From: Blastocladiella emersonii ATCC 22665
Taxonomy: Eukaryota > Fungi > Blastocladiomycota
Reading direction: 5' to 3'
Length of the DNA stretch: 64,000 nucleotides
Assembly (NCBI GenBank): GCA_025594325.1
Contig: JANHCV010000011.1
Span: 744,001-808,000, forward strand
A program made the position numbers and the translations under genes. Positions within the stretch are counted from its first letter, which is position 1; every line of letters begins with the position of its first letter. Shown piece after piece: positions 29,503 to 43,581 of the stretch. The notes below the pieces were generated by a model. It had not been told where the DNA came from. It made no database searches and saw only the letters and a list, made by a program, of their open reading frames with translations.

Positions 29503-31589
29503 AACGCTTGTCTCACTTCGCAGCCAACGGGCCGCCTACGGCGGCCGGCTGCTCGTGCGACGACGTTAGGGCTCCGTCCCGCGTGCAGCGCTCGTCTTGT
29601 GGTCCGAGCACCGCGCGGACAGCAGCACCGCGGAATTTTGCTTGTCTTACACTTCGCGTCGCGAACGGTGGGCTGTTTGCGCGGACGTACGACAATGATC
29701 ATCATCGCGCGGGCCTGAGAATCGCGGCCATCCGCTTAGCTGGCTTTACCAGAGATCGTTGAGATCCTAGGTGCGCCGCTCACCACTTCCGCCAGGCTGC
29801 GCATGTACGCTCACATGCTTACATTAATGATGTGTGGGCCGCGCCGTCGAGAGCTCGTGGCCGCAGGTGCGACCCGGACCATGTAGTCAACTTCAATAGT
29901 TCGTCGTCGCAGTACTTCCGCTCGCTATCCTACTGCCCGTCGCGAGCTCAGCGTCCGCGGCCCGCGCTTTGCAGCTTGCGCCGACGCGGCTGCGAGTTCC
30001 GAGCCCGCTTACTCGTACTCCGTGAAACGACTCTCGCTCGATCCCGTCAATGAGACCCGCGGATTCGCAGACGAAACCGCTTGCTTGAACCTCCCGCGCT
30101 CCACGGCACATACCGACAGCAACCGCAGTTGGCGCGGGCTTCCTCGTGGGCGATTCGCTCGAGCGCACGGTCCGTGTGTAGTACGAGGACCACTCAAGCT
30201 TACTTTCCAAGCTGTGGGCATCCCACGCCGCCACTCCTCCCTCAGGTCGCAGCGGCACACTTGCCTTCACGCTGGGCAGCAGGGGCGCCGCTCACTTGGC
30301 CCTTGACTTGAACTGAGTGCACCTACTCTCACGCCGCTAGCTGAAGCAAAGTATTCGTTCGATGAGGCCGTTCATCGTGCGCGCGAGGTGAGAGACGCGT
30401 CGCGCCGCGCCCACGTGGGCGGCGCCGCGCACGTGCGGGAGCTCTGGAACGTGCCCGCGTGAGCGTCAAGCCACTGTCAAGCCACTGTTCCAGAAGAGGG
30501 GGCCGTAGGATGCACCAACACAGGTTTGTCCACCCCACTTAGAACCCCTGTCTCTACTTTGCACCGACGCTCACTGCATGTCAAAACGAATGTAAAACTT
30601 GGCGCAACGGTCTCATCTTCAACTCGCACATCGACCGCAGCACCCGCGACTACGGCGAGCTCACCTACAACGACCTCATCATCGTTCTCTTCATCCAGGC
30701 CGCTTCATTGCGCACGGGTGGATCCAGAGGCTAGCCCGCCCGTCATCGGCCTCGGCTGTAACGCCGTCGTCCCGCTCGAGGCGCCTGCACGCTGTGACGC
30801 CCGACACCTTCCTCGAGGTTGGCGGTGGCGCCAAGTTCAACAACAACCTCAGGTACCAGCCCGCGCACTTCTACGGCGCGCCCCCGCTCGGCGTGTACAT
30901 GGCGCATGCCGGCGGCGCGTTCCGCTTCGTTGACTTCTCGCGCGGCCTGCTCATCGACGCCATCGACAAGTCCAAGCCCGTCGCCACCGTCGAAGTTGGT
31001 CGCCATCCTGTAGCGCATCCCCGACGGCGCACACATCCCCGTCACCTTCCACTCGATTGCCGACGCGCGCGCGCGCAGCGGCCCTACCTCCCCACCACGG
31101 CCACGAACCTCCCATGGTCGTCTCGCTGTCAGGTGGGCCGTGCACACGGGGGCCATCAACTTTGAGGGCTGAGGGCAACGCGCTGAACTCGCCCGTCGTC
31201 GCGAGAATGTACATGTCCGGGTTCGTTGGTTACTCGTCGCGTGCGATGCGAACGTTTATTGAGGCTATGTGCAAGTGAAGAGGATAAGTACTCGTCGCGA
31301 GAAACTGCGAGGCTGACCCAGCCATGGCCACCATTGCGACGTTGCGTTGATCATGCAGGACGGTGGGCAGCTACCATTCGCACACGACACTGATGCTGGA
31401 TTGTGCGATCGATCTGCAACCTGTGGCGGCCACGACGCGAGGTAGGAAGAAGCCATGGTAACAGCTCTTTCTCGTGCAACACATATAGTTCGGGGTACTC
31501 GTTTGCGTGCGATGCGAGAGTGTATTGAAGGAGAAGCTATGTGCAAGTGAAGGGGAGATCTCCTCGCTGTCCGCGAACGGCCGCGAGCG

Positions 31590-33064
31590 CTAGGACATGG
31601 CCATGGCCGCGGCAGCGACGGCGTCCTGCTCGAGGCGCCAGTCGCGGAGGACGATGAGCAGGTTCCAGTGGCAGACAGCACCAGATATCACCAGCTGATG
31701 CCACCACTGGTGCGAGGAACCCACGATATCGAACTTGCCGGGGGCGAGGCACTCGGGGAACCGGGTCGCGTAGATGACGGCGCCGCCGCCGTAGCTGGCG
31801 AAGACGCCGAGCGCCCATCCGGCCCACGCCCAGGTCCACGCGGCGCGGACCTCGTGCCAGATGGCGAACGCGGCCCAGGCGACGCTGGCGGTGATGGCGG
31901 TGCAGAGGGTGAAGATGATGACGGTGCGCAGGGTGCGGTACCGGTACGAGCGGAAGAAGGGGAACCAGGGCAGGACGGCGCCCGAGAGCGAGGCGAGGGC
32001 CGTGATGGACAGCGGGATGGGGAGGAGCGCCGGGTGCGGCCGGAACGCGAAAAACTCGAGGGCGATGAAGCTGCCGAAGAGCATGGTGGCGATGCCCGTG
32101 TAGTCGGTGATGGCCATGGTGTCAAAGACGCGGCGCTCGGCGTGGCAGTGGTACGTGTGGAAGACGCCGCTGCACAGCAGGCACACGAAGGCGCACGCGA
32201 GGTACAGGGCCATGGCGGCGCGGTCGCCCGAGGTGGCGAGCGGGTGGACCACGTCGTTGAGGGCGTGCGCGACAAAGGCAATGAAGGCGATGGCGCCAAG
32301 CAGGTGGGTCCAGATGTTGACCGTCTCGTTGTGGACGTGGAACATGGAGCGCGTGCACTCGGCGTACGAGTAGAAGGCGCGGTGCGAGCCGAGGATGAAC
32401 TCGTTGTCCTGCAGGTGCGCCGGAATCTCTGTGGATCGCGAGGCCGGATGTCCGTCAGTCAGGGACACGGATCTCGGATGCGTGCAGATCCGAGATAGCA
32501 GCGTACCGTGCAGCCGGTACAGCGACAAGGGTTTCCGGAACCAGGCGATCCACTGGCGGACGGCGGTGGGCACGACGGCGGCGGCGAAGGCCGACCTGCT
32601 GCTGGTACCCTTGGCGGCGCTCGAGGACGCACGCCGTGCCGCGCGCCGCAGCTTGGCCAGCAAGTCGGGCGACGGCGGTGCGGGTCCGCGTTTCCGAGGC
32701 AGCGGAGCGACTAGACAGCGGCGCGTCAGCTCACGGCACTGGCCCGCGCGCGCGCTTGCGCGAGTGTCCCCGACCAGGAAGCAGCGAGCGACCACAGGGC
32801 GTGATCGAGCGCCTGATCGCCTAGTCGGGGAGCTCACCGACGCGTACCAGCAGAGGACACGGCCGACGGGCGGGCGAGCGCGGCGGCAGCGGCGGCGGCG
32901 CCACGGGGCGGCGACATGGCGCAGGGCGAGGCCGCGCGCCGGGCCGTCTGGTCTGTTACGCTGGGTGGCCTTGCCTTGGACGAGGCCGACGGCGAGGACG
33001 TGTAGAAGCCCGCGTTGCGTGGCACGCTGGCGGCTGCTGCTGTTGCTGGTGAAGACGCGGCCAT
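31590..33064 (-). CDS. PAQR / haemolysin-III family membrane receptor (IZH/AdipoR-like), spliced
   Basis: DNEFILGSHR, HNETVNIWTH, CSGVFHTYHCH, DYTGI, RFPECLAPGKFDIVGSSHQWWH. Start and 5' exons are approximate. Confidence 0.9.
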
Positions 33065-33540
33065 GGGAGGAGGAGGGCGCGCGCGAGAGGGACGGGTGGG
33101 TGGGTCCGCGCACGAATCTCGCGGTCTAGGGGCGTCGGTGGCGGCAGCAGGGTCCTCGGTGTCGTTGTGACCGAGCGCGAGGGCCGATGAGCGCGTCGTC
33201 GGCAGGTTTGATTCGTTGCGGAGTGCCAAGAGAGGGGGAGGAGAGCGAGGTGGGAACGGCGGGCACCGCGACGTCGCCAACGTTTTTTTCAAGTCGCTCG
33301 CTCGCTGTCTCCCGCGGCGCAGGTGACGCCATGATTTCCCTAACGCGCCCATCCGCTTTGCACAGATGCGCATATGCAGCCAGTCCGGACGCGCACGTGG
33401 GAGGCGCGTCCGTGGCGCCGCTGATCCCCTTTCGTCCCTCCTCATCACTGTATGCTCTCCCCTCAAGTCAATGTATCACGACGCTCTGCTGCAGCGCTAC
33501 TACTCCATGCATCAAACGAAGCGCCAGCGGCCGTAACCCC

Positions 33541-36500
33541 ATGTCGCTCCACCACCACCCACCACCACCATCGTCCGCGGCGGCCGACCACCGCGCGCCG
33601 CCGCACATCCAGCAGCTGCTCGCCGCCATGCGCCACCGCCGCGACGCCGCCCTGGTGCGCCGCCACGACGAGATCGCCACCTACTGGGCCGAGCAGTGCG
33701 TCGCCGTGGCCCCCAACGACGTGCCGGACGCCCACGCCCTCGCGACGTGCCTCGTCAACGCCGGCCACACGCTGCGCGCCATCTCCGCCGTGCTCCCACA
33801 CGCCACGCAGTCCACGGCGTGCCGCGTCCTGCTCGCGCGCGCCCTGCTGCGCCTCGACCGCCTCGACGAGGCCCTCGAGGTCACCGACGACGCGCGCTTC
33901 GGGTCCGGCATCCCGCTCGTCGACCCGGTCCCCGTCCTGCCCGGCGAAATCAGCCGCCGTGCCGCGCTGTGGACCGTGCGCGGGTCCGTCCACCTCTGGC
34001 GCCACGAGTCGGCCCTCGCCCGCGACTGCTTTGTCCGCGCCGTCCGCACCGACCCCGCCGCCGTCGATGCGCTCCGCGCGCTCGCCGACTTTCGGCTTCT
34101 ATCGCCTGCCGAGGAGGCGCGACTGCTCGAGTCGCTCCACGTCGCCGACGTGTTGCCGGGCGCGGGGGAGCATGGCGGGGAGGTCGCTGAGCTCCTGTTC
34201 CGGCTCATCCTGCCCCACTCGGCCGCTGCTGCTGCTGCCGGTGAACCACCTTCCCCAAAACAACCTGCCGCCGACAGTGAAGAAGACGACCCGATCCTCG
34301 CGACATGCAGCAAGCTCGAGTACCCGTACCGCCTCGCCGACAGCCCCGCCGTCGTCCTGGCCCGCGCCGCGCACGCAACGCGCCACGGCGCGCACCCGCT
34401 CGCCCTGCACACGCTGTCCCCACTCCTCGCCGTGGACCCGTACTCGCCCGCCGCCCTCGTCGCCTACATCGACGCGGCGCGCGCGTCGCGCGACGTGCAC
34501 TCGCTCTTCACCCTCGCCACCACCCTCGCCGAGGCCGCGCCCGACCGCCTCGTCATGCAGGCCATCGAGGGCGTCGACCGCGCCGGCGGTGGCGGCCCGC
34601 TGCCCGACGTCGCCGACGCCCTGCGCACCGTGTCCACGGCCGAGCTCCCCATGGGCGTCCCCGGCGTGCACACGACCTCGCGCACCGTGCTCGCCGCCTA
34701 CGCGCTCGCGAGCTACCACGTCGCCGCGGGCCGTGACGACCTGGCGCGCCGCGCGCTCGAGGTTGCGACCACCGTCGACCGCATGTTCTACCCGGCCTGG
34801 CTCGTCTACGCCAACTCGCTCATCACGCCCGGCGGCGCCGTGGTCGATCCCGCGGCCCCGCCCGACAACAATATGCGCGCGTACGAGCTCCGCATGGGGT
34901 CGCTCGGGTACGCCGCGCACCTCGCGCCCAATGCGCCCGAACCCGTCCTCGCGCAGGCGCAGACGGCCGCGCGGTACGGGCACAAGGCCCTCGCGATCGC
35001 GCTGTACCGCCGTGCGCTCGAGCTCGGGTCCACGAATGTTGTGGCGCTCGGCGAGCTCGGCGCGGCGCTCGTCGAAGACCACCAGGTCGATGAAGGGCTG
35101 CAGCTGCTCCGCCGCGCGGCCAAAGTGTGTGAGCGGCTCGTGCACGTTCTGCCCGCGACCAAGGCCCAGATTCTCACGGGGCTAGCGAGGGGGCACTTCG
35201 CCATCAAGTACGTTCCTCCGTGATATTCGCTTGATACATTGCTAACGCTTCATTCCTAGCGACCGCCAACGCGCACTCGGCTACATCCAGCAAGCCCTGC
35301 CCGTCACCCTGCCGCCGCACCGCGGCCCGCTGTACCGCCTGCTCGGCGAGCTGCACTCTGCCGCGGGCCACTGGGACGCGGCCGTCGACGCGTTCCACCG
35401 CGCGCTCGCCATCACGCCCGCGCACCCGGAGCTGCTTGAGCTGCTGCACCACGCCATCACGACCAAGGCGAGCCCCGCCGGTCCCGCTGACGCGCCGTCG
35501 CAGCCTGGCACCGCTCGGCCACATGCTGCACCGATTCCGCCAACCGTCGAGCCCGCGTTCGACGGTTCCCCCGCGACCTCGCCGCCCGGCTACGTTGACC
35601 CCTCCGACGCCAACGACGACGACGCATGCATCCGCATTTCTTCGCTCCTGCCCAGCGAAGACGAGTGCGTGTCGTTCTCCACGGTCCTGCCCGGCCTGCT
35701 GTCCAACTGGCCCGCGCGCCCCGCGACCGCGCTCGGCGACGACTTCGCGCCCGTCGACCCGGCCATCCTCGCGCGCGACCGCGCCGAGTTCGAGGACATG
35801 GTGCAGTCGACTGCGCACGTCGTCATGGCCGACCACGCGGCTGTCGTTGACGACACGGCGGCAGCTGCGGCGGTTGCGGGGGATGGGGACGCACGGCACT
35901 CGCCCGCCGCCGACGTGACGGGCCGGCTCGACCCGTTCGCCGCATCAACAACGGCCGCCGAAACGCGAGACGAGCCCACGATCACCACGCACTTCACGGC
36001 GCGGCTGCTGGGTCTCGCCGCTGCGGGCGCCGCCGTCGATCATACGGCATCGCTCCCGCCACCGCGCCAACACCCGCGGACCACGCCGTCGTCGCCGACC
36101 GAAACCATCAACCTCCCGCGCCGCGGCGGTGCCGCCGGCGCTGGCGGCCGCGGGTTCCACCCGTACGCAGCGGGCCCGCCGCCGCGCCGCACGCGGCGCC
36201 AGCAACTCGCGCCGGACGCCGCGGGTCTGTCGCCGTCCGCGTCCCCGCCGCCACACGTCCCGCGGCCCGCCCCGCCGACCGCCGTGTTTGGCGCCGCGAC
36301 CGACGAGCATTCGAACCCGTTCACTGACGCCGCGGCGGGGGCGGTTGCGGCGAGCCCGACGCTCAACTTTGGCGTCAACGGGTTCTCGGGCGCCGCAGCG
36401 GCGGTTGACGAGGATAACACGACGGCGTGGCTATCGCGGCGGATGCCGCAGCCCGCGCAGCGGCGTGGGACGGACCCGACGATGACGCTGATGCGGTTCG

Positions 36501-36847
36501 ACCAGCCTGCGGCGATGGGGGCGGTGGATGCGACGGGCGGGTCGCTCGGCGGCGCGGCGAGTCTCGACAACACGGCGTCCACGGCGAGCACGATCACCAT
36601 GACGCCGGCGCTCCGTGGGCGGCGAGGGCGGCGCGCTGGGTTACCGGTGCCCGAGTGGCCGCGGGCGAGCGGGACGGTGGAGGCGGACGAGGATGGGATG
36701 GAGGTCGAGGAGGAGGAGGAGGATAACTCGATGGAGCACCGGCTGCATGCGCGGCAGGGGTGGGCGCGCGCGCGGTTTACGGCGGACGCGGACGAGGATC
36801 AAGACGAGGTGATGGTGCATGCGGAGATGGAGGAAGGCGACGAGTAG
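33541..36847 (+). CDS. TPR protein, most like APC/C subunit Cdc16/Cut9 (APC6), spliced
   Basis: TPR array with ATYWAEQ, LAVDPYSPAAL, LFTLATTLAEAAP and ARRALEVATTVDRMFYPAWLVYANS, followed by a low-complexity tail. Introns near 35210-35260 and 35465-35600 are approximate. Confidence 0.65.
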
Positions 36848-36890
36848 CGGTGTATATACAAGGATATCGTTCACTCGTCAACACAACAGC

Positions 36891-37927
36891 TTACTTGGCG
36901 GGCGACGCGGGCGCCGTGGTCCCGCCGCACCGCTTGTACTGGGTGAGGGCGCAGGCGTGGACCTCCTCGGCGGTCGGGCGCTTGGCGGGGTCGATCTGGA
37001 TCATGTCGGCGACGAGGTTGCGGAACTCCTTGGAGTAGTCGCCCTTGATCTTCGGGTAGTCGCACGCCTCGATCTTCTTGCACAGCGAGTACAGGTTCAT
37101 CTTGTCGCCGTAGAAGGGGCTGTGCAGCGCGGCAAACTCGTACAGGACACACCCGAGCGACCAAACGTCGCTCTGGAAGTCGTAACCCGTCTCGTGGATC
37201 CGCTCCGGGCTCATGTAGTACGGGGTGCCCACCAGGCTGTGCGCGGCGGCCGTCTTGGGCGAGAAGAAGCGGCCCAGACCCAGGTCGCCCAGCTTCACCA
37301 CGCCCGTCGACGTCAGGAAGATGTTGGCGGGCTTGAGGTCTACACGTTTGGGGTGATTAGCCGTCCGTGGTCGACGGCACCCGAAAGAGAGACGTACCGC
37401 GGTGCATGATGCGCTTCGAGTGCATGTGGGCGATGCCGGCGGCGATCTGGACAAAGTACTTCCACACGGTCTTCTCGGGGATGAACTGGTTGAGCGACTT
37501 GAAGTGCTTGAACATCTTGCCGAGGTCGCCGGCGTCGGCCATCTCGAGCACGATGATCAGCTCGTCGTTGTGCAGGAAGCAGTCGATGGCCTGGATGATG
37601 TTGGCGTGGTTGAGCGACTTGAGCAGGTCCATTTCCTTGATGCAGTCGTAGCGCGACTTGGCGTCCATCTCGGCGAGCTGTGGACACGCGATGATCAGTT
37701 GTGATGGCGACACGGTGACGAGAAGTAGGGCAACGAACCTGCATCGTCTTCATGGCCACGGCGGCGCCCGTCTCCATGTTCTTGGCGCGGAACACGGTCG
37801 AGAACTGGCCCTTGCCGATCTTCTTCTCGACATGGTACTTGGCCAGCTCCTTGACCTCCTCGGGAAGCGCGAGCGACTCGGTCGCGTCCTGCGCCGCGGG
37901 CTTCTGCTGGGTCTGGACGTCGGGCAT
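36891..37927 (-). CDS. NIMA-related kinase of NEK6/NEK7 type, two introns
   Basis: IGKGQFSTVFRA, DCIKEMDLLKSLNH, LEMADAGDL, IMHRDLKPANIF, GDLGLGRFFS, SLVGTPYYMSPERIHE and FYGDKMNLYSLCKKI. Kinase-only protein. Confidence 0.9.
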
Positions 37928-38500
37928 GGTGATGGCGTGGCTTCGTTTGATCGGATGGTGATGCGAGAGGGCAAGCTCGTGGGGACTGCTGCTGCTGGGC
38001 TTTTGATCGCCATGCCCGCGATGATGGTGATCTACGAGGCCCCATAAGGCTGTGTCGATGCCGCGAACGAAACGAGGGCAAAGAGCGCGCGGGTAGGAGT
38101 CGCCCTTTGACGCGTCTGTGGAGCCTCCTCGCCTCACCCACTCTCGAAAGAGCGCCTCAAAACAGCCCAAAGACCCTGTAGAACCTCACAGCAGCGAAAC
38201 TCCGAGGATCGACACGCCCGGCCAAACGCGTCTCGCACGAAACGTCTCGCGTCTGTCAGGTGACGGCGGCCGAGCACGTGCAGGCTGCCGCTCGCTCGGC
38301 CGTCCCACGTCGCCGTTTCGGCCCGCCGACTTCTCGCTGCACCACCCCCAGCCCCCCATCGAATCGCACACCGCCCGCGCCGAGCGGCCCGCCCGACCTG
38401 CTGTAACGAATCAACCTCCTGCATCGTCGCTCGATTGCACCGGAAACCCCGCCCTGCGCACACGCATTCACGATCCGATCGCACTGCCCGCCCGCCCGCC

Positions 38501-41500
38501 ATGCCGCCAAAGCCCACCTCGGCCAAGACGAGCGGCGGCGGAAGCAGGAACAGCGGCGGCGGCGCTAGCGGGACCTCCTCGAAGCCCGCTGCTGCCGCTG
38601 TGAAGCCCGAGCCCGCCGCGGACGGCAGCACCGGCGCGGACCCGGCGACCCGCCCCGTGCGCGTCGTGCTGCGCGTCCGCCCGCGCAAGCAGACCGAGAA
38701 CGAGGAGTGTCTTGCCCTCGACGAGGCCCGCGAGGGCGTCGTGCGCCTGCCGCTGCTCAACGACGTGGCCAAGTGCGCCGAGTATCAGTACGGCCGGCAG
38801 TCCATCGCGAGCGCGCACGCGCTTTCAGGGGTAATGAATAACCGGCGACCACTCCGCCGTGTAGGCTCGATCGCTGCTACCCGCCCGCCGCGACGCAGGA
38901 CGACCTGTTCCACCTCGACGTGCAGCCCGTGCTCGACCGCGCGCTCCAGGGAGTCAATGCCACCGTCTTCGCCTACGGTGCGTCGAGCTCCCCCGCTCCC
39001 CCGCTGATCCCGATCCCCGCTAACCCTTCCTTGTCGTGCACGCAGGCATGACGGGTGCCGGCAAGACCTTCACCATCGAGGGCACCGCGGACCACCCGGG
39101 CATGGTGTACAAGGCGATGCAGTACCTCTTCGACCGCACCGCGTCGCTCAGCGAGGTCGCCATGACCATGTCCTTCTTCGAGATCTACTGCGAGGAGGTG
39201 ATTGACCTGCTCGCCGCCCACCAGTCCGCCGGCACCGCGACGTTCGGAGTCAACGGCAACACGCGCACGCTCTCCGGCCACATTGGCACCAAGCCGCTCG
39301 CGATCCGCGAGGCCTCTGACGGCCGCATCTCGATCGCCGGCCTCACCACGGTCCCCGTCTCCGAGTACCAGCACTTTGTCGCCGCCTTCAAAAAGGCCTC
39401 GGCCACCCGCAGCGTCGCCCGCACCGACCTCAACGCGACCTCGTCGCGCAGCCACCTCGTCATCCAGGTCACGCTCGAGGGCAACCTCGATGCTGCTGCC
39501 GCGTCGTCGGCGAGCACGGGCGGCGGCAGCGGCGGCGCGTCGCGGTTCTCGAAAGTCAACATCGTCGACCTCGCCGGGTCCGAGAACAACAAGCGCACGG
39601 GCAACAAGGACCAGCGCATGAAGGAGAGCGGGTCCATCAACAAGTCGCTGTTCAACCTCGGCCAGGTCGTCGACGCCCTCAACTCGAAGCGCGCCCGCGT
39701 CCCCTACCGCGAGTCCAAACTCACCCGCATCCTGCAGGACTCGCTCGGCGGGTCCGCCCACGCCCTCATCATCGCCAACGTCGCGCCCTCGACCCAGTTT
39801 TTGGGCGAAACCACCTCCACCCTCCAGTTCGCCGACAAGTCGCGCAAGATCGTCAACCGCCCCGTCGCCAACGTCGTCCCCGAAAAGACCGTCGTCCGTA
39901 TCGGCAGCTCCCTCGACGCGGATGCGGGCGCGAACGACGTCCCGCCGCCGCCCGCCAACGACCGCAAGCGGTTCCCCGATGAGCCCGTCGCCGCGGCCCG
40001 CGTCGCCAAGAAGCCGCGCACGGAACCACCGGCGGCCGTCGCGCGCGCGCCTGCGTCCGAGAACATGCCGCCGCCAATGTCAAGGCGAGCCGCTGCACCT
40101 GCCCGCGCACCAGCTCCCGCACCAGCCCCTCCCGCACCAGCACCAGTACCGGTGCTGCAGCCGCCGCCAACGCCTGGGACCACCAAGGCGCTAAACGCGC
40201 TGACGGGCGAGATGCACGAGTTGAAGGTCATGCTCGTCGAGATGAAGCAGAGGCAAGAGCAGCAGGTGAATCCGGCAGCGGCTGGCCCCGCGACCACAAC
40301 CACCACCGCCGCCGTTGAGGAGCCACCACAACCCGCTGCCGCTGCCGCCGTCGCCGCGCCCGCAGCCACAGCCGAGTCGCAGGTCCCGCCGCAGACGCCG
40401 AGCGCCGCCGCGCCCATCGCTCCGTCGCTCACGCGCGTCCAGCACGCGGCCGCCGCCGCGAGCCTTCTGCTCACGCCCAACACGCGGCTGACGCTGGCGC
40501 AGGAGCACATCCAGCGCGCCATGGAGCACCGGCGGAAAAAGGAGTACGCGCGCGCCATCTACTACTTCCAGCTCGCCCTCGAGCAGGAGCTCGCGCCGCA
40601 CCAGGCCGAGCAGGTCCGCAACAAGATCACCGACTGCCAGCGCAAGATGCAGAAGCACGACTCGAAGCGCAAGCGTGACACCGGCGCCGACGAGGCGGGC
40701 GAGCCGTCCGCGGCGGCTTCGTCGTCGGCGGTCGTTGCTGACCCCGACGGCAAGATCACCATCGCGCTCGCGATCGGGACCTCCCCGCAGCGCGACGAGC
40801 CCAAACCCGACCTCGTCGAGCTCGACCTCCTCACGCCCATGCGGCCCGCGGTCCGCCGCCGCCGCCGCGCCATGATGGGCCACCGCGACGAGCCCGCGCC
40901 CGTGGCACCTGCCGCCGACCAGGAGAACGCGGCGCCCGCATCGCACCGGTCCGCCGAGGACGCGGTCGCGGCCACGGCGGCGGGGAGCAAGTCGCCCCTC
41001 CGCCTCAAGTCGGGCGGCAAGCGCAAGACCAGCAGCAGCGTCCTGGCGACGTCGTCGGACCCCGCGTCGCTCTCGGACGAGGACCCGCTGTCGTCGTCGT
41101 TCCTGTTCATCGCCGAGCCCACGACCAAGGCCCGGCAACGCGTCCTCAAGCGCACGCGCGACCTGCTCTCGGCGCCTATCACGGGCGCGACGTTTGATCC
41201 GTCGCAGCCGCCCGCTGCTGCTGCTGCTGCGCCACCACCCGCGCCCGCACCACCAGCAAGTAGCGGTGGGAGCCGGTGGTCGTCGGGTTCCGCAGACCGG
41301 CGGTCGGCCACAACCTCGCGGCGGGGTGGCAGCAAGACGTCTTTGGGCTCGCAACGCGACGAGGAAGACGACGCCGAAGCGCGCAAGCAGCTGGCCGAGC
41401 AGCTCGGGCTCACGCCGCGCGCGGACCGGTGGCTCGTGGCGACGGTCAACTCGGGCGACGAGGACCGGATCACCAGCCTCAAGGGGATCGGGTCGTCGCG

Positions 41501-41639
41501 CGCGCAGCAGCTCGTCGCGCACACGGCGCTCCGCGGCCAGCTGGTCTCGGCCACCGAGCTGTGCGACGTGCCCGGGTTCGGGCCCAAGATCGTGCGCCGC
41601 ATCGTCGATAGTTTGCCGGCCGCGGCGCATGTCGAATAG
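38501..41639 (+). CDS. Kinesin with C-terminal helix-hairpin-helix (Kid/KIF22, kinesin-10-like), spliced
   Basis: GMTGAGKT, SSRSH, DLAGSE and PYRESKLTRILQDSLGG; C-terminal LKGIGSSRA...VPGFGPK. Confidence 0.88.
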
Positions 41640-41749
41640 AGCTGTCGTGCCGTGTTTTGTCGTGAGCACCTCCCACTCGCATAATGTAATCCGTCTTTCT
41701 AAAGAGTCTATCTATTACGAATGGTATACGAGGAGGGGAGGAGTAGTGA

Positions 41750-43008
41750 TCACCGGCACGCGACGTAGTGCTCGTGCGCCGCGGAACACACGGGCGAGTT
41801 GGCGAGCGCCGGGTCGCGCATCATCTCGGCGACGAGGTCGGCGGGCGCCGCGGTCTCGAGGCCGTCGCGGTCCGCGGCCGGCAGCGCGCCCCACGTCTGC
41901 ACGCGGCCCGTGGCCGGGTCCGCGCGGTCGTGCGCCACGACGCCGTCGCTGTTGAACATCACGAAGTGGCCGTTGTTGCACTGTTTCAAGCACGACGAGC
42001 ACGGCGTCGTGACGTGGTACCCGACCGCATTGCCGCTACGCACAGACGGACCGACGGGCGGAGGTGAGTTGATGGCGTCGTCGCGACGATGGCCATGGAG
42101 ATGACGTACCACCCGAGACACGCGACGTCGCGGATCCGGCACTGGCAGTTGGTCGTGACGTACTCGTCGTAGATCATCTGGGTCGCGTGCGCGACGGGCG
42201 AGTCCGTCGAGTACAGCTCGACGCGCGTGTCGGCCAGCAGGATCGCCTTCATGCCGCGCGTGCACACGACGCGCGCGCAGTGCCGGCACGAGAGACGCGC
42301 CACGGGCTTGGACCGGAACTGCGGGTGCAGCTGCGACGGCGCCGATGCGGGCGGGGTTGGCCGCGCCGAGGCGGCCGTGGCGGCGTTCGGGACCACGAGG
42401 AACGAGCCGACCGACGTCCGCTCAAAGTGCGGCTCGGCCGCGGCCGCCGAGGTGTTGGGCCCCGGCAGCACGGTCCCCGTCGCCGTCGCCGACATCAGGT
42501 TGGGCCACGCGACGACCTGGTTCGGCGGCGTGTGCGCGGCGGCCATGGCCGCGGCGCGCTGCTGCGCCTGGTGCTCGCGGATCGCCGTCATGTGGATCCG
42601 CATCCGCTGGCGCGCGTCGTCCTCGAACCGCTGCTGCAGGGGCGTCGCCGCCGCGGTCGCGCTCGACCGGTGGCCCGCAGGCGGGAGCACGCGCGTGATG
42701 ATGGCTGAGGTATCGGTCACGACCACGGTGACGGCCGAGACGGGCGGGCCCGAAGTGGTGGTGGGCGACACGGACACGGCGTGCTCGCCGCTGATGGTCG
42801 GCTGGGTCGGCTGCGCGCGGCTCGGCGTTGGCGGCAGCGCGAGCGACCACCGGCTCGCGCTCAAGGCCGACGTCGGCCGGATGATCGCGCTCACGGGGTT
42901 CTCCTGCGAGAGGACCAGGTTGGCGAGCGAGTCGCGGCGCGGAGGGATGGTCGGGGTGGACAACGCGGTGGCCGTGGTGGTGGATCCGGGGAGACGGGTC
43001 GGCGACAT
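41750..43008 (-). CDS. FAM72-family protein with a long N-terminal extension, one intron
   Basis: LSCRHCARVVCTRGMKAILLADTRVELYSTD, CQCRIRDVACLG, CGNAVGYHV...CNNGH. Confidence 0.85.
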
Positions 43009-43581
43009 GGTTGAACGAGTGAAAAATTCGGTCTCTAAACGCATCGGACAGCGTCAGCGAGCCCGATCCATGGTCGCTCGCGGGCGGAGCAGGCATACAG
43101 TAGTCGGTCGAGTCTGTGCAAGTCGGGGGCAGTCGTGGCCGTCTATCAGTCGAGTAGTAGTCACAGCTGCTGGTGTGCAGAGGAAGTGGTTGATTCGTAG
43201 TATATCTATGGGGAGTGTATGAGGAGAGAGCGGGCTCCACGCGCGCTACTGTTCGCGGTGCCGCTTGCTGCATCGCGGCAACGTCACCCGCGTCGTTGGC
43301 GCCGCCGTGGTGGTCGCGAATGTCTCCTCCGGTCGCGACCGGTTGCGTGGATGGAGACGCGTGCGGTGTGCGCGCGAGGCAGAGAGAGAAAAATGTCTCC
43401 ACGACGCGTCTCACACATGCGTCACGGGGACACGCGTCGCGCCGCGCCGACGCGTCATGCTGGCTCACTCTTCGTCTCACGGGTGCGCGGGACAGAGACA
43501 AGGTGTGACGCATCACGCGGTGAGCCAAAATCAAGTTTCCCATTCCGGCAGCACACCTTCTTTGGAGAGAAACTAGCGCGT

